DNA from: a virus
DNA length: 64,000 nt
IMG/VR virus record: IMGVR_UViG_3300037423_001503
Direction: 5' to 3' (one strand)
The stretch's first letter is position 1. Each line of letters begins with the position of its first letter. Positions 58,573-64,000 of the stretch are shown piece by piece. Position numbers and translations under genes: made by a program. Below the pieces are notes generated by a model that made no database searches, was not told the DNA's origin, and worked only from the letters and a program-made list of their open reading frames with translations.

Positions 58573-59507
58573 TTATCGGCATCATCATCATCGCGTTGTT
58601 CGCGTGGTACGTATCTGGACGCCTGTTTCCCATGCCGAACGAGCCCACCAAGGGCAACACATTCTCCGCTGAGATCCTCGCCGACTCGATCTCGCCCGCT
58701 GGCTACCGGCTGACGACGTTCCTGGTCACGATTCCTCGGTTCATCCTCGCAGAGTTCAATACCCACCGCCGCATCAGTCGCAACTCTGCTTCGTCGCGAG
58801 CGATCCCGATCAAGCGGCAGATCGAGCGCGTCCGGAAGTACCCGTTCGTGCCTCTCAGTTTTGGAACCGCGCAGGCCGGGATGCAGGCCGGGTCCGACGC
58901 CGCAGGGTGGCGTGCCTGGATGGCTCGTCAGGTATGGCTGAAGGCGCGCTGGGGCGGCATCGCCGCCGCGTTCGTGCTCGACCGCCTCGGTATCCACAAG
59001 TCGTTCGCTAATCGCGTCCTTGAGCCGTGGCTGTGGCACACGGTGATCGCGACTGCGACGGAGTGGGAGAACTTCTTCGCGCTCCGCACCGACGCCGCCG
59101 CGCAGCCCGAGTTTCGGCGCGTTGCTGAGATGATGGAGGCCTTGTATCGCGAGAATCAGCCAAAGCTCGTCAATACCTACGAGTGGCACCTGCCGATGTT
59201 GAGTCCTGAAGACCGGGAACTACTGTCGCCGGGTAAGACAGCGGCGATGGTCGATGCTGGGAGGGCGGCGCGTGTCAGCTTCGACACGCACGATCAGGAT
59301 GAGTCGCTAGGTCGTTCGTACAGGCGCGCCAAGATGCTCACGTCGAGCGCACATTGGTCGCCCACCGAGCACCAGGCCAAGGTAGGATCGTCGGTCGAGG
59401 TGTCGGCTGACTACAACGGCAATCTCCAGGGCGACTGGATGCAGTTCAGGAAGATGTTCGAGAACGAAGACAACTACGCACTGCTCAAGGAGAACACGCA
59501 TGTCTAG
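58569..59507 (+). CDS. thyX: FAD-dependent thymidylate synthase ThyX
   Basis: AEFNTHRRISRNSASSRAIP, HKSFANRVLEPW, NFFALR, AQPEF, HWSPTEHQA. Confidence 0.85.
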   Translation: MIIGIIIIALFAWYVSGRLFPMPNEPTKGNTFSAEILADSISPAGYRLTTFLVTIPRFILAEFNTHRRISRNSASSRAIPIKRQIERVRKYPFVPLSFGTAQAGMQAGSDAAGWRAWMARQVWLKARWGGIAAAFVLDRLGIHKSFANRVLEPWLWHTVIATATEWENFFALRTDAAAQPEFRRVAEMMEALYRENQPKLVNTYEWHLPMLSPEDRELLSPGKTAAMVDAGRAARVSFDTHDQDESLGRSYRRAKMLTSSAHWSPTEHQAKVGSSVEVSADYNGNLQGDWMQFRKMFENEDNYALLKENTHV

Positions 59508-61475
59508 GGCTGAGTACGGTGAGTACACCAACGGGACAGCAATCGACATCATCGAGAATGAGGGCATTGGCTACGCCGTACGTCACTACACCAGCGGCGA
59601 CGCCTTCAAGGATCCCGAGACTCAGATCCGCTGGAACGCAGCCGCCGTCTCCCTTGATGCGCTCATCAAGTACCTCCAGGATGAGACGGGCCGCGAGATC
59701 GATGGCTAAGTACGAACTCGACTATTCGAAGGCTGTCTTTCGGTGCCCTGAATGTCAGGGCACCGAAGGGCTCTGGGAGGGCTTTCACGCCTACGGCTGG
59801 TCGGCGGTGAAGGTCAGCGTTGGCGACAACAACAAGCCGATCATTCATCGCGGTGGCTTTCGTGGTAGCCAGGGCATGGACTGGGACATTGATCATGATG
59901 CAGTTACCAACGGTCCCGACGGAGGCTGCGGTGACTGCGGGTGGGAGGGACTGCTGTCGAAGCTCGAATTCTACGCGCCGAAGAAGATCGGTTGGGACGG
60001 CCGGCCGATTCGCGCGCCCTTCGAGGGTCAGCTAGAATTGACAGAGCTATGAGCAGATTCATTCTTGTCGACAAGGACGACGCGGCCAAGTATCAAGACG
60101 AGGGGTACTGGCTCGATCGATACGACGAATGGGACTACCCAACATTCCTCGTCGACACCTACACCAACAAGATCGTTGGTAGCGATCGATGCGAGCCCGA
60201 GGACGCCACGTTTGATAGGCATTACGGCTTCCTCGTTGAGCTTCTAAACACGGTCGCGGCGGGCGGCTGATGTTCGATCGCCACTACCATATCGGTCGTT
60301 CGTGGCCGGGCTGTGGGACGCCAATGGAGGACGAATGTCCGTGCCCCCAGGAGCCCTGCGGATTGATCGACGAGAAGCGCGTAGTCGCAGGCTGCGAGCA
60401 GCACGACACGTGGTTCTGTAAGACGATGCGCTCGGGTCACCCAGCCGACTCATGCCCAGGGGCGGACTCGTGAAGGAGGTCGCTATCGGTGCGCCGGCAC
60501 TGGCGCTCACCGTGGGGTTGCTCTACGCGATGATCGCGTTGGGGGCGGGTGACATTCTCCTGCTCGCGCTCTATGTGGCGCTTTCCGTGATTGGTTTCGG
60601 TGCGCTCTCATACATCGTAGGCGGCTTTGTCGTCGATATGATCGAGAGCGGCCAGCGAGGAAGAAAGGGAGCCGATGCCTGAGTGCTGCCGCTGGGTGCA
60701 CGCGAATACAGGGTCCTCATCTCCGACGCGCTACGCGACGCCGTTGACGATGTATGGATCCCAATCGAGGCCATCAAGTTGACCTTCAACGGCGACGTCA
60801 TGGAGATCTCGTTGACCAACGATCTAGCGCACGTAAAGCGCGCAGAGAAGCCTCCTAAGGTCGCCACACAGCCTAATACGGGCGAGCCCGTGAGGTGGAG
60901 GTTCTGATGCCGGAGAGGCTGCGTTGGGCGGTCAGATGGACACGCGAGGGTAGCAACCTCGGCGGCTACGATCTCAAGGACTGTGCCGCCGCGCTCCAGG
61001 ACGCGATCGAGCGCTTAGAGTCGCACATCTACAAGCTCGGCGTCGACACCAAGATGCCCGAGCATCGACGCAGGTTTTGGCAGCGCGTACCCGAGTACGT
61101 TGACACGGCTCGGCACATCAACACCGACAGGATCGAATGGAAGATCGGCTTCAACGATGACGCGGTCACGTTGTTGCTGGCGCTCCCGTACTACACAAAG
61201 GCCGTTACGCGTTCGCAATCTCCGCTTGAGTACCTTCGCTTCGGCGAGCCGCGGAGCTTCACATCGAACGATCAGGAGCGCCAAGACCGACTCGCCCGAG
61301 GGGTCATGGAGGCGTTGGCGACGATTGGGTTCCATCCCGGCGGACCGAATCCTCCAGTCTCGATCGAGCCCAACGGCAACTACTGATGGATACCTCTCAG
61401 TGGGTCGCGGTCGGCGGCCTTGTGCTCTGGCTGCTGCTGGTCCTAGCTGTCGCCTACGTAGGACTTAGCGAATAG
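59500..61475 (+). other. small hypothetical ORFs (59500-59709, 59702-60052, 60049-60270, 60270-60473, 60470-60682 TM, 60683-60907, 60907-61386, 61386-61475 TM peptide)
   Basis: Coupled + strand ORFs. Confidence 0.5.
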
Positions 61476-61480
61476 AACGA

Positions 61481-61519
61481 CAGAGGCCCCGTTACTCGTG
61501 AGAATAACGGGGCCTTTGG
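61481..61519. terminator. terminator at convergence point
   Basis: AGGCCCCGTTA/TAACGGGGCCT inverted repeat. Confidence 0.65.
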
Positions 61520-61552
61520 GCACCCCATGCCGGCTGTCAGGGATGAATTCTA

Positions 61553-61942
61553 TCAGAACTTCACGGGCCGGCGCGGCAGCCGCTTAGGCTTCGAAGCGCG
61601 GTACTTCTCCCACGACCAGACATCGTCGCCGGTCGAGACGATGTGACGCTTCTCGCGCCAGCAGTTGATGCACGTCTTGACTCGAATGGTAACGACGCGC
61701 TCGCGCGCCCAGTAACGCTTCTCCTCCACGTACTCGATGTACCACTCGTGGTGCCGGCCGGCGATGCAGCGCTGGCTCTGCTTCTTGGCGGCGCGCTTCT
61801 TACCGCGTGCCTTGCCAGTGCAGGGACCGTCCTCGATGGGCGTCTTGCGCGGGTCGGGGTTCCTGGCCTCGCCGATGATGCAGCAGCCGCAAGCCGCGTA
61901 GAGCTTCTTGCTGCTGCGGCGAGAACGACGCTTGTGATGCAT
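61553..61942 (-). CDS. basic Cys/His-rich hypothetical protein
   Basis: AGGAGG SD; CGCC, C..HHEW, CINC. Confidence 0.55.
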   Translation of the reverse strand: MHHKRRSRRSSKKLYAACGCCIIGEARNPDPRKTPIEDGPCTGKARGKKRAAKKQSQRCIAGRHHEWYIEYVEEKRYWARERVVTIRVKTCINCWREKRHIVSTGDDVWSWEKYRASKPKRLPRRPVKF

Positions 61943-61958
61943 GTGGCCTCCTAGGTTG

Positions 61959-62237
61959 TTATGAACTCACATGCATGGCTTCCTCCCTCTGTTGAATGGC
62001 CTTTGCGAAGCAGTCCTGCGAGACCACATTTTTCCTGTCCTGGAGATCGGCGACAGAACTATCGCTGCCCCACAGCGAGTTGAACGGGACCTTGTCAAGC
62101 TCTAGCGACGCTGCGATTTCTGGTGCCTCGCGATAGTCGTAGAAGTTCGTCACACAGACATGGCAACGCAAGTAGCGCCGAAACTCAAGCGAGAAGTAGA
62201 CACCTGTGTTCCAGCAGCGCGGGCAGTCGAAGGCCAT
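61959..62237 (-). CDS. Zn-finger hypothetical protein
   Basis: GGGAGG SD; CPRC, CHVC. Confidence 0.5.
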   Translation of the reverse strand: MAFDCPRCWNTGVYFSLEFRRYLRCHVCVTNFYDYREAPEIAASLELDKVPFNSLWGSDSSVADLQDRKNVVSQDCFAKAIQQREEAMHVSS

Positions 62238-62253
62238 GTTCCTCCCTAGAACG

Positions 62254-62293
62254 ACAAAGACCGCCGAAGCATAGCAGCAACGACGGTCTTTGT
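62254..62293 (-). terminator. terminator ending tRNA array
   Basis: ACAAAGACCG/CGGTCTTTGT inverted repeat. Confidence 0.6.
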
Positions 62294-62297
62294 GAAG

Positions 62298-62374
62298 TGG
62301 TAGGGCGTGTGGGATTCGAACCCACGATATCCAGCGTGAAAGGCTGGCGTCTTAGGCCACTAGACGAACGCCCC
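62298..62374 (-). tRNA. tRNA-Glu(TTC), CCA encoded
   Basis: Cloverleaf; CCAGC-CTTTCAC-GCTGG. Confidence 0.9.
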
Positions 62375-62380
62375 GAGAAG

Positions 62381-62462
62381 TGGTAGCGGAGGTAGGATTC
62401 GAACCGTTTATGACGACCTCCTGGTTATGAGCCAGGCGAGCTTCCAACTGCTCTACTCCGCG
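62381..62462 (-). tRNA. tRNA-Met(CAT), initiator-like, with T-stem insertion
   Basis: C1:T72 mismatch; CCTGG-CTCATAA-CCAGG; CCA encoded. Confidence 0.8.
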
Positions 62463-62468
62463 TGATAG

Positions 62469-62541
62469 TAGGCCGTGCGGGATTCGAACCCGCGTTCTTC
62501 ACTGTGAGAGAGTGACGAGATAACCGCTACTCCAACGGCCC
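62469..62541 (-). tRNA. tRNA-Glu(CTC)
   Basis: TCACT-CTCTCAC-AGTGA. Confidence 0.85.
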
Positions 62542-62561
62542 AAGCTTCAACAAGTTTAGCA

Positions 62562-62634
62562 CGCCCCCGGCAGGATTCGAACCCGCGACCAGCCGGGTAG
62601 AAACCGGCCGCTCTGTCCACTGAGCTACAAGGGC
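62562..62634 (-). tRNA. tRNA-Arg(TCT)
   Basis: GCCGG-TTTCTAC-CCGGC. Confidence 0.9.
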
Positions 62635-62638
62635 AAGA

Positions 62639-62712
62639 TCGCGGCGAGGGGATTCGAACCCCATAACGGGCGCTCCTTATGAGGGAGTCCGGGTCAACCG
62701 ATCCGCGCCGCA
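62639..62712 (-). tRNA. atypical tRNA(CAT), Met or Ile2
   Basis: CTCC-CTCATAA-GGAG; divergent D arm. Confidence 0.6.
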
Positions 62713-62715
62713 CTA

Positions 62716-62787
62716 TGTCCCCGGCTGGATTCGAACCAGCGACCTACCGCTTAGGAGGCGGTCGCGCTTCCGCTGCGCCACGAGGAC
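62716..62787 (-). tRNA. tRNA-Arg(CCT)
   Basis: ACCGC-CTCCTAA-GCGGT. Confidence 0.9.
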
Positions 62788-62792
62788 TCAAG

Positions 62793-62863
62793 CGGGGCAC
62801 CTGGGATTCGAACCCAGAAGGCGCGGTTTTGGAGACCGGCCGGCACAACCTACGCTGTACCCC
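62793..62863 (-). tRNA. tRNA-Trp(CCA), atypical D arm
   Basis: CGGT-CTCCAAA-ACCG; canonical T arm. Confidence 0.7.
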
Positions 62864-62867
62864 ATGT

Positions 62868-62949
62868 ACTGGCTGCTTACTTCCGGATCGTGGTCCGGTG
62901 TCGGCACTTAGCGGAATCTCCACGTCCACGACAGGAGAACACGGCCAGT
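62868..62949 (-). ncRNA. 82-nt non-tRNA structured RNA in tRNA array
   Basis: ACTGGC/GCCAGT end pairing and TCGTGG/CCACGA inner helix; no T loop. Confidence 0.4.
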
Positions 62950-62952
62950 GAG

Positions 62953-63027
62953 GGTGAACGACGGGACTCGAACCCGCAACCTTCCGGATCACAACCGGAG
63001 ACTCTGACCAATTGAGCTACGTTCACC
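62953..63027 (-). tRNA. tRNA-His(GTG) with encoded G-1
   Basis: TCCGG-TTGTGAT-CCGGA; G-1:C73. Confidence 0.9.
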
Positions 63028-63032
63028 GAGAG

Positions 63033-63105
63033 CGCCCTTGGCTGGACTCGAACCAGCGACCCCCAGCTTCGCAAGCTGGTGCTCTATCCACTGAGCTACA
63101 AGGAC
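63033..63105 (-). tRNA. tRNA-Arg(GCG)
   Basis: CCAGC-TTGCGAA-GCTGG. Confidence 0.88.
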
Positions 63106-63111
63106 TTGGAG

Positions 63112-63185
63112 CGGAAGTGACGGGACTCGAACCCGCGACCTCTGCCGTGACAGGGCAGCGCTCTAACCAACTGAGCTACACCTCC
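63112..63185 (-). tRNA. tRNA-Asp(GTC)
   Basis: CTGCC-CTGTCAC-GGCAG. Confidence 0.92.
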
Positions 63186-63197
63186 AAGTTACTTCAG

Positions 63198-63271
63198 CGT
63201 CCCTGGCAGGACTTGAACCCGCGACCTCCTGGTTCGAAGCCAGGCGCTCTATCCAACTGAGCTACAGAGAC
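63198..63271 (-). tRNA. tRNA-Arg(TCG)
   Basis: CCTGG-CTTCGAA-CCAGG. Confidence 0.9.
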
Positions 63272-63275
63272 TAAG

Positions 63276-63360
63276 TGCGCGAGGTGGGATTCGAACCCAC
63301 ACGACCCTAAGGCCAACCGGGTTTGAGCCGGTCGTGTCTACCAATTCCAACCACTCACGC
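63276..63360 (-). tRNA. tRNA-Leu(CAA)
   Basis: ACCGG-CTCAAAC-CCGGT; long variable arm. Confidence 0.9.
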
Positions 63361-63371
63361 GAAGACTGCTA

Positions 63372-63455
63372 TGACATCGGAGGGAGTCGAACCCTCATGA
63401 CCTCTCGGCCGGCAGGTTCTAAACCTGCTGCGTATACCAATTCCACCACGATGCC
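63372..63455 (-). tRNA. tRNA-Leu(TAG)
   Basis: GCAGG-TTTAGAA-CCTGC; long variable arm. Confidence 0.9.
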
Positions 63456-63459
63456 GGAG

Positions 63460-63543
63460 TGCGCTGAACAGGACTCGAACCTGCACGGGTTTTACCCCAC
63501 AAGGCTCTCAACCTTGCGTGTCTACCAATTCCACCACCAACGC
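63460..63543 (-). tRNA. tRNA-Leu(GAG)
   Basis: CAAGG-TTGAGAG-CCTTG; long variable arm. Confidence 0.9.
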
Positions 63544-63587
63544 GAAATCCCATCAGAGGCCTAGGCGTCGATGGGAAGTATTACCTT

Positions 63588-63685
63588 GACCGCCTCTCGC
63601 GCAACCCCGCCGATGGCGACGCGCTACGAGACATTGTCTGCACTGCCATGCAGCATTAGCGCCCGATGGCAGTCGGGCGGCGATC
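63588..63685 (-). ncRNA. 98-nt four-way-junction RNA with complementary (kissing) loops
   Basis: Closing GATCGCC/GGCGGTC; hairpin loops CTGCCA and TGGCAG. Confidence 0.6.
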
Positions 63686-63693
63686 TCAGTGAG

Positions 63694-63767
63694 TCAGGGC
63701 AGCGGGATTTGAACCCGCGGACACCCGCTTCCAAGGCGGGGATTGAACCAGACCCAACTCTACCCTG
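63694..63767 (-). tRNA. tRNA-Pro(TGG), atypical (G8)
   Basis: CCCGC-CTTGGAA-GCGGG. Confidence 0.8.
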
Positions 63768-63843
63768 TGGTGGTCGATGCAGGTCTCGAACCTGCGGCCT
63801 CATGCGTGTCGAGCATGCGCTCTACCAACTGAGCTAATCGACC
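63768..63843 (-). tRNA. tRNA-Val(GAC), C33, CCA encoded
   Basis: CATGC-TCGACAC-GCATG. Confidence 0.88.
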
Positions 63844-63856
63844 AGGTACTACTAAG

Positions 63857-63929
63857 CTCCGCCGCCAGGATTTGAACCCGGAACTCTCGGGTAACAACCG
63901 AGCACGTTCTCCGTTTACGCCACAGCGGA
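63857..63929 (-). tRNA. tRNA-Asn(GTT)
   Basis: CTCGG-TTGTTAC-CCGAG. Confidence 0.85.
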
Positions 63930-63934
63930 TCGTA

Positions 63935-64000
63935 TTGCAGGCCTAGGATTCGAACCCAGACTTCACGGCTTCAGAGGCCGGCGGGCTGCCAGTTACACCA
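63935..64000 (-). tRNA. tRNA-Gln(CTG), 5' end beyond window
   Basis: CGGC-CTCTGAA-GCCG; canonical T arm. Confidence 0.8.

Noticed and set aside
62868-62895. SRP RNA helix-8-like string (TCCGGAAGTAAGCAGCC)
   Set aside because: The GGAA loop is not closed by a pairing stem and it sits at the RNA's 3' end rather than its apex
62453-63837. ORFs called across the tRNA array
   Set aside because: They are translations of tRNA sequence (GFEP/GFES patterns)
1-64000. CRISPR array, integrase, reverse transcriptase, inteins, stop-codon reassignment
   Set aside because: No spaced direct repeats or such motifs seen; PolA, TerL and RNR are of normal length; genes end in all three stops and no suppressor anticodon is visible

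Overview
A GC-rich tailed dsDNA phage genome segment (siphovirus-like, long tape measure, HK97-fold capsid). The host is probably actinobacterial, inferred from GC content and many leaderless TANNNT-N6-8-ATG starts. Layout: (1) 1-27.5 kb, + strand: replication and nucleotide metabolism (SNF2 helicase, putative SSB, AEP primase, RecA-family helicase, dNMP kinase, PolA, RuvC-like resolvase, two free-standing homing-type endonucleases), terminase small/large, a nicotinate-type phosphoribosyltransferase, a Thg1-like enzyme, a GGQ release-factor-like protein and many small ORFs. (2) 27.6-57.0 kb, - strand: portal-MuF fusion, class II RNR inside the head module, protease, capsid, tail, two endolysins and a holin, then an RNA-repair region with RtcB and an RlaP-like nucleotidyltransferase. 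(3) 57.2-61.5 kb, + strand: ThyX and small ORFs. (4) 62.3-64 kb, - strand: at least 18 tRNAs. The most striking unexplained signals are non-coding. A 125-nt tRNA-shaped RNA with an oversized variable region and a 173-nt end-paired RNA lie directly upstream of rtcB. A 98-nt four-way-junction RNA with perfectly complementary kissing loops and an 82-nt end-paired RNA sit inside the tRNA array. Other signals: a TGNC-N11-TANNNT late-promoter motif, a +1 UUU-CGU frameshift candidate in the tail chaperone, and a probable AUU-initiated HTH regulator. All RNA folds were worked out by eye and need computational confirmation.
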